Positions 9,235-18,496 of a DNA stretch of 64,000 nt are shown here, in pieces. Source of the DNA: a virus (taxonomy: Duplodnaviria > Heunggongvirae > Uroviricota > Caudoviricetes); IMG/VR virus record IMGVR_UViG_3300032167_000010. One strand, written 5' to 3'. The stretch's first letter is position 1. Every line of letters begins with the position of its first letter. The notes beneath the pieces were generated by a model that was not told the origin of the DNA, did no database searches, and was given only the letters and a program-made list of their open reading frames with translations. The position numbers were made by a program, and so were the translations under genes.

Positions 9235-10659
9235 ATGAAAATAAAAAAACAAAATTTAAATGAAAGCGCACTTACAAAAGAAATTGAACTTTTAGAAGAC
9301 GCTGTTGAAACAGAAGAAACATCTGCTGAATCTACTGAAGATATGGTTATTGATGACGTTGTAGATGCTTCAATAGATGAAATTGCTACAGCTATAAAAG
9401 ATGCTGCTAAAGAAGCTTCTGATGGTAAAGAAACTTATTCTGATGTAAATGCTAAAAAAATTGCTAATGAAATTAAAACTTACGCAAGCGGTTTTGACGC
9501 TGCAGCTTGGGCCCCAGTAGATGTAAAAAGCGAATTTACTGATATGTTAGATGATTGCCTTGCTAATGCTTTAGTAGCTCATTCATCAGGTACACACGAT
9601 GGCGTAGATTTACTTGTTTGCGGATTACCTGGTTCTGGTAAAACTGGAATATTTAAGGAATGGGCAAAATCACGTGGCGTGAATGATTTCTATTTAAATG
9701 CAAAAAATGATGACCTTGGTGCTATTCTTAACGGTTTCCCAATTAGCACTACTGAAACTGATGCGGACGGTAATACTGTGCATGTAGTTGACCGTGCATT
9801 TTCTAAGGCACTTAACAAATTAGACCGTGAACGTTCAGTATTATTCTTAGATGAATTTAATCGTGCTGCACCAAAACTTCGTGCTACATTATTGACACTA
9901 ATAAATGAACACAAAGTAGAAGGTAAAGATAAAGATGGTTTTAGACGCTTTGATAATTTATTATTTACTGTAGCATGTATTAACCCATCAGTTCCTACTG
10001 ACCCAGGTGCTATGGACTTAAACGATGCAGAAATGTCCCGTTTCGTAAATAAATTAGATTGGGATTCTAAGCCTGACGAAGCTATTAAGTATACAAATTT
10101 CTACTTAAATAAATTAATAAAAGAGCTTGACCCAAATAGTCCTAACTATGCCTTTATGTATATTCGTTATACAAAAATCTTAAATCTTGCTAGAGCTCTT
10201 TTAACTGATTACCGTTTTGAATTTGACAAACGTGATGACTTACTTGACTTATTCAATGAAAAAGCTACAATGCTTAACCAACGTGCATTAACTGATGCAC
10301 TTATGTCCCACGGATACAGTAAACAAAAGTTCTTAAATTGGGTAGATAAATATTCAGGTTTCCTTGATAAAGACAAACAAAATATTCACGACATTTTAGA
10401 TTCTTGGGATGAGCCTGATGTAAAAGTCCCAACAGCCGGTGATGAAACCGCTGCTACTGACACTTCAGACGCTTCGGATACTTCAGTTACAACAAATAAT
10501 ACTACTGATAGTGATGATTTTGACAGCGTATTTGGAACAGACGGTGATGAATCTGATACAGACTTATTCGGTAGCACAACATCAGCTGCTGGCCAAGCTG
10601 CAAAAGTAAGTGCGTCAGACGCTTTAAATCGTATTAAAGGCTTTGATTTTAGCCTATAA
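9235..10659 (+). CDS. MoxR/dynein-related AAA+ ATPase
   Basis: Walker A GLPGSGKT, Walker B LFLDEFNRA, sensor ACIN, EMSRF arginine-finger region. Confidence 0.9.
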   Translation: MKIKKQNLNESALTKEIELLEDAVETEETSAESTEDMVIDDVVDASIDEIATAIKDAAKEASDGKETYSDVNAKKIANEIKTYASGFDAAAWAPVDVKSEFTDMLDDCLANALVAHSSGTHDGVDLLVCGLPGSGKTGIFKEWAKSRGVNDFYLNAKNDDLGAILNGFPISTTETDADGNTVHVVDRAFSKALNKLDRERSVLFLDEFNRAAPKLRATLLTLINEHKVEGKDKDGFRRFDNLLFTVACINPSVPTDPGAMDLNDAEMSRFVNKLDWDSKPDEAIKYTNFYLNKLIKELDPNSPNYAFMYIRYTKILNLARALLTDYRFEFDKRDDLLDLFNEKATMLNQRALTDALMSHGYSKQKFLNWVDKYSGFLDKDKQNIHDILDSWDEPDVKVPTAGDETAATDTSDASDTSVTTNNTTDSDDFDSVFGTDGDESDTDLFGSTTSAAGQAAKVSASDALNRIKGFDFSL

Positions 10660-10685
10660 TAACTTTAAATTAAGGAGATTATACT

Positions 10686-11864
10686 ATGCAAATAAATAGA
10701 GCATTGCTTGAGTCTTCTGATATTACTAGGCACTTTATGACTGACAGAGAACGAAAAGTTAAAAAAGCTCTCTGTCAGCTTTTAATAGACAGAGGTCATA
10801 GAAAATACGCAGAACGCTTTTGGAAGCTAGATTTTAATATTATAGACTCTAAAAAGCATCCTGATTTTACTGCAGCTATATCTTTTGATGACGCAACAGT
10901 GTTTATCAGTGATGGGTTTCTTGGTGGTGGACAAGGTATTTTTAATCAGCTAGATGTTTTACTACGCCACGAAATGGCACATAATTTAATGATGCATCAG
11001 ATTAGATTAATGCACATATTTAAGAAATTACACGCAAATGACCCAGATGAGGCCTATGAACGTATTAAATATAGTTCTAGTCTTCATACCCTTTTAAATA
11101 TTATAGAAGATTTTGAAATTTCTAATAAACGATATACCGCTGCAGATAAAGATGTTGTAAGAAAAATGCAGCTGAATGGTAAGGTTATTGGTGGCTTAGT
11201 TACTGAAGATCATCGTGGCTGGGACAAAATGCCTTTAGAACAAATGTATGACGAGCTTTCTAAAGAGTTAATTAGAATTAATAGTGAAATTAGAAGTGAT
11301 CCTTACTGGCAACCGAAGTCAAAATTTGCTAATAATAAACAAATATATGATCAAATTGAGATAGTTGGCAGTGGAAGTACGCGTGATACTGGTGCTATTG
11401 CAGCATATAGAGATTATATGCGTCCTTCTGGTATAAAGGCTCCTATTGACTTTTTTATGAAGTCTAGTATTTATAAAAACTGGCCAGAAACATTTAAAAA
11501 GCTAATAACCAACATTTATGAAGGATTAAAGAATTTAACGTCAGATGCTGAAAAACAATCTATATTAGATATTGTAAAAGCTATTTCTGAGACAAGTCCA
11601 CAAGAAACTTTTGATATAGTTCATCCTATTAATGGTAATATAATTAGTACTTTATATACTCCAGAAGACAAAATGATTATCATGGATGTGCTAAAAAACT
11701 TAGTTGGCAATATAAATTATAATCCGTTAAAATTTAATATTAAGCGTAAGAAAAATTCTCAAGAATACAAAGATGCTTGGAATAAAGTAATGAAACAATT
11801 AGATTCAAGTAAATTTGACGATGAGACTTTAGCACAAATTCAAGCAGCTATTGCTAACGCATAG
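10686..11864 (+). CDS. Zincin-like metallopeptidase (MoxR-partner, DUF2201 N-terminal-like)
   Basis: LLRHEMAH followed by LNIIEDFEI; adjacent to the AAA and VWA genes. Confidence 0.7.
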   Translation: MQINRALLESSDITRHFMTDRERKVKKALCQLLIDRGHRKYAERFWKLDFNIIDSKKHPDFTAAISFDDATVFISDGFLGGGQGIFNQLDVLLRHEMAHNLMMHQIRLMHIFKKLHANDPDEAYERIKYSSSLHTLLNIIEDFEISNKRYTAADKDVVRKMQLNGKVIGGLVTEDHRGWDKMPLEQMYDELSKELIRINSEIRSDPYWQPKSKFANNKQIYDQIEIVGSGSTRDTGAIAAYRDYMRPSGIKAPIDFFMKSSIYKNWPETFKKLITNIYEGLKNLTSDAEKQSILDIVKAISETSPQETFDIVHPINGNIISTLYTPEDKMIIMDVLKNLVGNINYNPLKFNIKRKKNSQEYKDAWNKVMKQLDSSKFDDETLAQIQAAIANA

Positions 11865-11883
11865 TACTGAGAGGCGAATAATT

Positions 11884-13755
11884 ATGGATATAAATAAAAT
11901 TTTACAGGATCTTGGGTTAAATCTTTCAAATCCTGATGCGAAAAAAGGCGCTACTGAGGCTATACAAGCAATTTTGCAGTCTAGAATACCTATGGGTGGT
12001 TTAGGAGGTATGACACCTCCTGGCGGTGAAGTTGATGTTGAAATTGACCCAGATTTAATTCAACCCTCAGATAAACAGCCTTCTAGCGCAGACGACGATA
12101 TAGACGCAGAAATAAACGATGAAGAAAACATCTTAGATCAAGTAAAACGTAATAAGTCAGAAGAGGATTCTGGCGATACTACAAATAACGACTCTGGTAG
12201 TAATTCTTCAGACAGCGACTCCTCTGATGATTCTTCTGATAATAAATCTTCTAATACTAATGATGAGTCTTCAAACAGTTCTAAAAAAGCAGATGATGCT
12301 AAAAAAGACGACATAGACACTAAAGATAGCAATGATACTAGTTCTGACATAGAAGAAATTGCTGATGATGACAAAGAAAGCGTCGGCAGTGAAGAAGATG
12401 AATCAGAAGAAGACCTAGAAGATGATAATTTTTACGATGACGATTCTAAAGAAATTGATGCCAATGAAAATCCAGAGGATGAAGAGGAGTTAGAAGGTGA
12501 AGATGATTCTAGCGATGATTTTGATGAAGATGACTTCGAAGATGAAGAAGCTGAGGAAGACGACTTCGATGATGAAATCGAATCTGACTCTGATGTAGGT
12601 TCTGAAGGAGACTCTGGAGATTCTGATTTTGATGAAGAAGACTTAGAAGACGAAGAAGCTGACTTTAATGATGATTTTGATGAAGATGATTTAATTGATG
12701 ACTCTCTTAAAGATATTGAAGATGCTGAAATAAAAACAAAAGCTAATGCTCGTAAAATTAAACGTGAACGTACTCTAACGGCCGCTAAAAATACTCTAGA
12801 CGCCGCTAAGGCAAGAAATGCAGCACCTGCTTTAGTAAGAGAACTTGAAAAAGCTATAGAAGCTCTTGAAGCTTTGACAGAGGCAGTTAAACCTAAAAAT
12901 ATTAAAGATGTTTCAGATGAAGAGTTTAATTTACTAGTTAACCGTGTTTTTGATGCTATTGATGCATTAGGTGATAAAAGCTTAACTTTTACTACTGATG
13001 AGGAACGTCAGCTTAAGGCAAAAGAAATAAAAGCAGATATGGCTAGCTCTGAAACTCAGCATGAGCTTTCAGCGGAAGATGCTGCACTAATTCGTGACGA
13101 GCATCAAGCTACAAAAGCTAGAGATAAAGAAGCATCTAAATATCAAGCTAGAGGACGTAGCTCTTTTAAAGGCTTTCAAGACTTCTTAAATAGCCTATAT
13201 CGTGCTATTGCGCTTCAAGTAAGTACTGAAGAAGAACGAAATGACTCTTGGTCTGCTATAAGTCGTAGAAATAGTGGAGCAGGTGTAATACAACAAGGTA
13301 AACGTATCCAAGATTTAAATAATAAAAGAATTCCAGTGATAGATTTCTACTTTGACCAATCTGCCTCATGGGATGCTTCGGATATTAAAATTGGTGAAAA
13401 AGCCGTTTCTGCCCTTGCTGATATGGAAGCAGACGGTAAAATAAAAATAAATATATATTATTTTGCTAACCATGTGCATACTGATGCTTCGTCAGCTCGA
13501 GATGAAGGTGGTACAAGAGCTTGGAATGACATTGTTAAAAATATAGTTTCTACTAATGCAGCTAATGTAATTATTATGACAGATGATGATATGGAAAATT
13601 GGTGGGAACCTCAAAAGAAACCTCCATTAACCTACACAGTACCTGGGTATGTTTGGTATTTATGGAAAGATGGTTATAATGCCCCAAGATTACCGCGTGA
13701 TTTAAAAGGCAGAGGCGGAGTTCAACAATTCTCATTTAGTGCTAGTGATATATAA
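11884..13755 (+). CDS. VWA-domain protein with long acidic region
   Basis: MIDAS-like FYFDQSAS, GGT and IIMTDD at the C-terminus; roughly 200 aa D/E/S-rich tract; ATG at 11884 preferred. Confidence 0.8.
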   Translation: MDINKILQDLGLNLSNPDAKKGATEAIQAILQSRIPMGGLGGMTPPGGEVDVEIDPDLIQPSDKQPSSADDDIDAEINDEENILDQVKRNKSEEDSGDTTNNDSGSNSSDSDSSDDSSDNKSSNTNDESSNSSKKADDAKKDDIDTKDSNDTSSDIEEIADDDKESVGSEEDESEEDLEDDNFYDDDSKEIDANENPEDEEELEGEDDSSDDFDEDDFEDEEAEEDDFDDEIESDSDVGSEGDSGDSDFDEEDLEDEEADFNDDFDEDDLIDDSLKDIEDAEIKTKANARKIKRERTLTAAKNTLDAAKARNAAPALVRELEKAIEALEALTEAVKPKNIKDVSDEEFNLLVNRVFDAIDALGDKSLTFTTDEERQLKAKEIKADMASSETQHELSAEDAALIRDEHQATKARDKEASKYQARGRSSFKGFQDFLNSLYRAIALQVSTEEERNDSWSAISRRNSGAGVIQQGKRIQDLNNKRIPVIDFYFDQSASWDASDIKIGEKAVSALADMEADGKIKINIYYFANHVHTDASSARDEGGTRAWNDIVKNIVSTNAANVIIMTDDDMENWWEPQKKPPLTYTVPGYVWYLWKDGYNAPRLPRDLKGRGGVQQFSFSASDI

Positions 13756-13768
13756 AAGGAATAATAAA

Positions 13769-14179
13769 ATGGAATATGAGTTAAAAGATAAATTACAAGT
13801 AACAAAAGAGTTTCTAAATGACCTTGAAGTAAAAAGCTGGCAAGAAATTGAGCATTTACAGAATCAAATAGTAAATATAGAAGCAACTAAAGAAAATCTT
13901 GAACTAATACAGCTTCTTAAAAATCTACTAACTAGCTATTATGTGTTTACTGGTGGCTTAGAAAATCTTAATGATAATACTAATAAACTGACTATAAATG
14001 AGCCTAAATCTATTGAGTCCATTAAACTCGAACCTGAAGCCACTTTTAGTGATGAATTTGTTACATCTGAGGTCGCTTTAGAACAAAATATGGACAGTAG
14101 TGAACCATTTGAATATTTTGTAGATTTTGATGAGCCTGTTGGCGAACCGCTAACAGACGAAGAACTTTATAATAATTAA
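13769..14179 (+). CDS. Hypothetical acidic protein
   Basis: SD AAAGGA before ATG at 13769. Confidence 0.75.
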   Translation: MEYELKDKLQVTKEFLNDLEVKSWQEIEHLQNQIVNIEATKENLELIQLLKNLLTSYYVFTGGLENLNDNTNKLTINEPKSIESIKLEPEATFSDEFVTSEVALEQNMDSSEPFEYFVDFDEPVGEPLTDEELYNN

Positions 14180-14188
14180 TTAAATACA

Positions 14189-14225
14189 AAGAAGCATTTG
14201 TAGTCTTACGAATGCTTCTTTTTTT
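14189..14225 (+). terminator. Intrinsic terminator
   Basis: AAGAAGCATT/AATGCTTCTT plus T-run. Confidence 0.8.
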
Positions 14226-14229
14226 ATTT

Positions 14230-14238
14230 GCTAAATTA
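14230..14238 (+). promoter_or_regulatory. Late-type promoter GCTAAATTA
   Basis: Exact motif just after a terminator. Confidence 0.7.
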
Positions 14239-14327
14239 TACGACGGCCGCGGTAGCAAGCTTAGCCTTTCACTGTTGCTGCGGTTTGTCATTTATTTAAT
14301 AATATTTCATAAGGAGAAACGCTTCTA

Positions 14328-15062
14328 ATGACTCAAAATAAAAAAGCTTTTATTGAAGCTAAAAAAAGAAAAAACAAGAAACCCTATAGCTCAGTTACTT
14401 ATACTACTGGTGATGTTGCTTTAAATATTGGTAGGTTTAATCAGGCTTTTGGCACTACTGAGGGAAGTGAAGTCGGTATTGGTGGTGAAGGCTCTTTATG
14501 TGAAGCAAAGCGTTATGTGCGCAGATATTATATTCGTCCACAAAATATCTTCTGTTCAAATAAAGCAGAAATTCTTAAAGCATTAATTGAGCTTGATGAT
14601 GCTAACTGCTCTGTATATACTCTAAATAATCTTGGTGATGATAAAGACGTTAATAAGCTAATGACTAGTGATATTATATATTATTATGATGATGGCATTC
14701 TTTATGATAAAAATAAAGTAAAAGTTATGGACTATGATCTTTCTATTAAAAAAGAAGAAAATCGTAAGAAATTTGCTAATGTTGATAAAGCACCCGATAA
14801 AGAATTTAAAGCAGAATATGAAGATCGCATGACAGACGCTACTGAACTAGAAGAAGCTTTTAACTTAGATTTTGACGACGTTAATGTTTTTGGTGAAAAG
14901 CTAACCGAGGCTAAAGAACGTTTCTGTTGTATTTGTGGTGAGCCTATTGAGGGGTATGGAAATAATCCTGAGCCTTATATGTCTGCTGAGGAAGGTAAAT
15001 GTTGTGATGCCTGCAATCTTAGATTCGTTATTCCAGCTAGAATGGACATGATGGAGGATTAA
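14328..15062 (+). CDS. Hypothetical protein with C-terminal zinc finger
   Basis: CCICG...CCDAC; L-x-E motifs LCEA, LEEA, LTEA. Confidence 0.75.
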   Translation: MTQNKKAFIEAKKRKNKKPYSSVTYTTGDVALNIGRFNQAFGTTEGSEVGIGGEGSLCEAKRYVRRYYIRPQNIFCSNKAEILKALIELDDANCSVYTLNNLGDDKDVNKLMTSDIIYYYDDGILYDKNKVKVMDYDLSIKKEENRKKFANVDKAPDKEFKAEYEDRMTDATELEEAFNLDFDDVNVFGEKLTEAKERFCCICGEPIEGYGNNPEPYMSAEEGKCCDACNLRFVIPARMDMMED

Positions 15063-15065
15063 TTT

Positions 15066-16478
15066 ATGTATAGCATCTATATACCCACTGTTGAAGATGT
15101 GGAAAAACTTCTTTCTGCGAAACTTAGCTATGACGCTGCTATTGCAAAAGGTCAAGCACACTACCATCAATGGACTTATAAAAACTTTAATCTGACTCCA
15201 TGGGGTATTGCTTTTAATATAAGTAAAAGTAAGTTTAACAAAAAAGCGGCACTTGGTAAAAATAATGGTCAAACAGAAGACGGACAAAGAGCTCTTGCAA
15301 TGCGTTATTTTATCGTAGCTGTTGCTATTGGTTGGCAAGAGCTTGTCGACCAATTAAAGCGTACAATAAAAAACTGGGGTGTTACTGAAGAGGTGTTTAA
15401 AGATGTTGCACTTACTACATGGCAAGACCCTATTATTATGCAAGCAATTTCGAAGGCTATAGAAAACGTACAAAATAGCGGTAAAATAAAACTCACAGAG
15501 GCAGTTGAAAAGCATAATACATTAAATTCTAAACTTTTTACAAAAGAAAAAGTTCTCAAAGATAAAGTTAGAGCTAAAATGCTCGAAATTGTTGATGAAT
15601 TTTTAGCTGACCTTAAAGAGCAAGATATTAAAATTAAAGTTGATGATATTTTATTAATCGGTTCAAATGCCAGCTACAATTATACTAAAGATAGCGATAT
15701 TGACCTTCATATCTTAACAAATGTAAAAGCAACTGACTATTCGTCAGAAGTTGCAAATGCTTTATATAGTGCTTATCGTTCGTTATTTAATAAAAACTTA
15801 GATATAGAATTTTTTGGTATCCCACTTGAAATTTTCGTAGAGACTGAAGATAGTACCAGAGTAAGTAACGGTATATATTCAGTAAAGAAAAATAAGTGGG
15901 TTAAAAAGCCTGAACAAGAAGAGATTCCTGATTATGATGCCAAAGCTTTAAATAAGCTAGTTGATGAATGGGAAGAAAAGTGTAAAAAACTTATTGCAGA
16001 TATAAAGGCTGACAGACTTAATGATGAGAAAAAAGTAGTTAAAATGCTTGAAAACATTTATGAAAAGCTCCGCAAAAAAGGTATTGCAAAAGGCGAATAT
16101 TCAATAGAAAATCTTGCATTTAAAGAGCTACGTAATAAAGGTTACTTAGACCAACTTAAAGACCATAAACATGAATTAATTTCTAAAAGACTTTCTCTTG
16201 AAGAAAAACTTGACAGACAGACTCGTCTAGATGTATACAATCAAATATCTAGAGCTGCTGGAACTCATCCTATTATTCAAGATAATGGAATGTTCTTTAT
16301 CTATAATATAAAGCCTTCTGAAATTAATTCAAAGGCTGCAGCACTCAAAAAGCTTCCTTGTGTTGCTGAAGTTATTGCCTATGAAAACGGCAAATATGAT
16401 TTTTCAAATATGCTTGACATTGCTATGAACAAAATGCCAAGTAAATACTATGATATTCGTGGTAAATTAAAAAATTAA
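15066..16478 (+). CDS. Pol-beta superfamily nucleotidyltransferase
   Basis: LLIGSNASYNYTKDSDIDLHI (hG[GS]...DxD) plus a third acidic strand LEIFVE; the domain starts after KLTEA. Confidence 0.85.
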   Translation: MYSIYIPTVEDVEKLLSAKLSYDAAIAKGQAHYHQWTYKNFNLTPWGIAFNISKSKFNKKAALGKNNGQTEDGQRALAMRYFIVAVAIGWQELVDQLKRTIKNWGVTEEVFKDVALTTWQDPIIMQAISKAIENVQNSGKIKLTEAVEKHNTLNSKLFTKEKVLKDKVRAKMLEIVDEFLADLKEQDIKIKVDDILLIGSNASYNYTKDSDIDLHILTNVKATDYSSEVANALYSAYRSLFNKNLDIEFFGIPLEIFVETEDSTRVSNGIYSVKKNKWVKKPEQEEIPDYDAKALNKLVDEWEEKCKKLIADIKADRLNDEKKVVKMLENIYEKLRKKGIAKGEYSIENLAFKELRNKGYLDQLKDHKHELISKRLSLEEKLDRQTRLDVYNQISRAAGTHPIIQDNGMFFIYNIKPSEINSKAAALKKLPCVAEVIAYENGKYDFSNMLDIAMNKMPSKYYDIRGKLKN

Positions 16479-16485
16479 AATTATA

Positions 16486-16513
16486 AAAGCACTCTATTTA
16501 TTTAGAGTGCTTT
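16486..16513 (+). terminator. Intrinsic terminator
   Basis: AAAGCACTCTA/TAGAGTGCTTT. Confidence 0.8.
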
Positions 16514-16532
16514 ATTTTTATTAAATTTATTT

Positions 16533-16541
16533 GCTAAATTA
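16533..16541 (+). promoter_or_regulatory. Late-type promoter GCTAAATTA
   Basis: Exact motif after a terminator. Confidence 0.7.
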
Positions 16542-16575
16542 TACAGTAAATGACTTTTTGAAAGGCGGTTTAAGC

Positions 16576-17511
16576 ATGAAAAAACAAAACCTACAAGAGC
16601 AGTGCCTACTTGAGCTGCTTAAACTCAATGAAGCAACTCGTACTCAACTTGTGGCGCAATCTAGAAACGTTGGCACGTATAAAAATCAAGAGCGCGGCAA
16701 AACTCGCATGGACCGCAAGAAATACTCTAAAATAGCTAATGCTGTTAAGAGCTATAATGAAATTAATATGAATCTGCTATTTAAACAGGATATTCTTCAA
16801 GTTAATATACCAGTCGTTGGTGAAACCGATGAGTATACTGTTACAATAAAAATTGAAGGTGTTGTTGCTGAGATTCAAAAAAATATTAAAAATAATGGTA
16901 ATAAACTTGAATTTAGAACTATTATTCAAGCGCTAACAAAAGTTTTTAATACTACTGACGTTTATGTAAGGTGCACTTGTCCAGATTTTAAATACAGATT
17001 TGCTCATTGGAACATTCTGAAAAATGTATCAGTAGATGACACAGCTAGCGACCCAGGTCCTGGTAAAGGGATAGCAAACCCTAATGATGATAAAGGACGC
17101 GGTTGTAAACATATTTTATTAGTATTAAGTAATGGAGCTTGGATGATGAAAGTTGCTTCAGTAATTCAAAACTACTGCCACTTCTTATCTGAGAAAAAGC
17201 CGGAAGCTTTCTTAAAATTAGTATTTCCTAAACTCTATGGCGTGCCTGCTGATGAAGCAGCTGATAACGATATCGTTGCAGATAATGAAGACCTTGAAAC
17301 AGGTAAAGACCTTATTGATATTGTGAATGAGTACGGTAAAAATAGAGGGCGCTTCAAAAAAGGTAGTAATAAAAATCCTATTACTAATACTGGCGGTAGA
17401 CAGAAAACAGAGCCACCTAAAGAAGAAGATGTCACTACGGAAGAAGCAGCAGAGGAAAAACCAGAAGCAGCCACACAAGAAGACAACGAGAATGATGAAA
17501 CAAAAAGCTAA
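16576..17511 (+). CDS. SWIM zinc-finger protein
   Basis: VRCTCPDF...CKH (CxC...CxH); ATG at 16576 with SD AAAGG. Confidence 0.75.
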   Translation: MKKQNLQEQCLLELLKLNEATRTQLVAQSRNVGTYKNQERGKTRMDRKKYSKIANAVKSYNEINMNLLFKQDILQVNIPVVGETDEYTVTIKIEGVVAEIQKNIKNNGNKLEFRTIIQALTKVFNTTDVYVRCTCPDFKYRFAHWNILKNVSVDDTASDPGPGKGIANPNDDKGRGCKHILLVLSNGAWMMKVASVIQNYCHFLSEKKPEAFLKLVFPKLYGVPADEAADNDIVADNEDLETGKDLIDIVNEYGKNRGRFKKGSNKNPITNTGGRQKTEPPKEEDVTTEEAAEEKPEAATQEDNENDETKS

Positions 17512-17540
17512 GAATAGCTGCCTATGGCAGCTATTCTTTT
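17510..17540 (+). terminator. Intrinsic terminator
   Basis: 13 bp perfect stem AAGAATAGCTGCC/GGCAGCTATTCTT. Confidence 0.85.
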
Positions 17541-17568
17541 TATTTTAAATACCTTACTAAAATAATTT

Positions 17569-17577
17569 GCTAAATTA
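17569..17577 (+). promoter_or_regulatory. Late-type promoter GCTAAATTA
   Basis: Exact motif. Confidence 0.7.
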
Positions 17578-17674
17578 TACGCAGGGAGCAACGGAGTCGC
17601 GATCCGTTGAGATAATTAGGCTATTTCCTGATGACCTGAAGCTGCAAAACATATTTTACAGGAGAAATATAAAA

Positions 17675-18445
17675 ATGGAAAACGCCATGACTAAGTTAGA
17701 TGGGCGTATGTATTATGTATACATGCATCAAAATACCGTAAATAAAAAACGTTATTTCGGCTTGACTTGCCAGAAGCCAGCTTATAGGTGGGGTAGGGGT
17801 AGCGCTTATAAAAATAATAAGCCTTTTTATGATGATATAGAAGCATTTGGCTGGGAAAATTTTACGCACGAAATAGTTGCTTCAGAACTAAGCAGAATAG
17901 CAGCAAAGCAACTTGAACAAAAGCTTATTGCAGAGTTTGACTCAACAAATCCTAAACTCGGCTACAATAAAACTATTGGAGGCGAGGGCCACTTGAAGTA
18001 TAAAACAGAAACGGAACGCTGCGAAGCACTGCGAGAACAAAAAAGACGTGGTAATCGTAAATTTATGCAAAACCCAGAACAGCAAGAAAAAGCACGTCGA
18101 TACTCAAAACAATACAGATTAGACAACAAAAACAACCAAAAGCTTGCGATAAATAACCCAGAAAAACGAAAACAGTATCAAGCAAAATTTTGGTCGGACC
18201 CTGCCCACAAAGAAAAGCACAGAGAAGCTCACAAAGCAAGTAATAAGCAACAGTACCGCGAAGTAGATGGTTTACGCTGTAAACTAAAAGCTCTGTATGA
18301 ACAATATCCTGCTTACTTCGCCAGTGAACAGGTCAACGCTGTGTTTGGTAAGAAAAATAGAAACTACCTAGTAAATTCAAAGAAAGTTCTGACAAAAATT
18401 TATTTAAGCATACAAACTCAGCTAGAAGACTCTGAACAAAAATAA
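17675..18445 (+). CDS. Free-standing GIY-YIG homing endonuclease-like protein
   Basis: YYVYMHQNTVNKKRYFGLT, R-W, E..LI and GYNKT motifs; basic C-terminus; SD AGGAG before ATG at 17675. Confidence 0.8.
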   Translation: MENAMTKLDGRMYYVYMHQNTVNKKRYFGLTCQKPAYRWGRGSAYKNNKPFYDDIEAFGWENFTHEIVASELSRIAAKQLEQKLIAEFDSTNPKLGYNKTIGGEGHLKYKTETERCEALREQKRRGNRKFMQNPEQQEKARRYSKQYRLDNKNNQKLAINNPEKRKQYQAKFWSDPAHKEKHREAHKASNKQQYREVDGLRCKLKALYEQYPAYFASEQVNAVFGKKNRNYLVNSKKVLTKIYLSIQTQLEDSEQK

Positions 18446-18466
18446 AAACTATCTTATTTCAAAATA

Positions 18467-18475
18467 TTGTATAAT
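18467..18475 (+). promoter_or_regulatory. Middle-type promoter TTGTATAAT
   Basis: Between the endonuclease and terminase genes. Confidence 0.45.
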
Positions 18476-18496
18476 ATATAAGGAGAATTCGAATTG

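Noticed and set aside
15066-16478. Calling the nucleotidyltransferase a cGAS/DncV-like cyclase
   Set aside because: Only the generic superfamily motif is visible, and no CBASS effector context is present.
17628-17634. CTGATGA hammerhead-like core (also at 50805)
   Set aside because: No properly placed GAAA or stem II/III.
16531-17674. Upstream TTG starts at 16531 and 17567
   Set aside because: These TTG codons are part of the late-promoter motif TTGCTAAATTA; SD-supported ATGs lie at 16576 and 17675.
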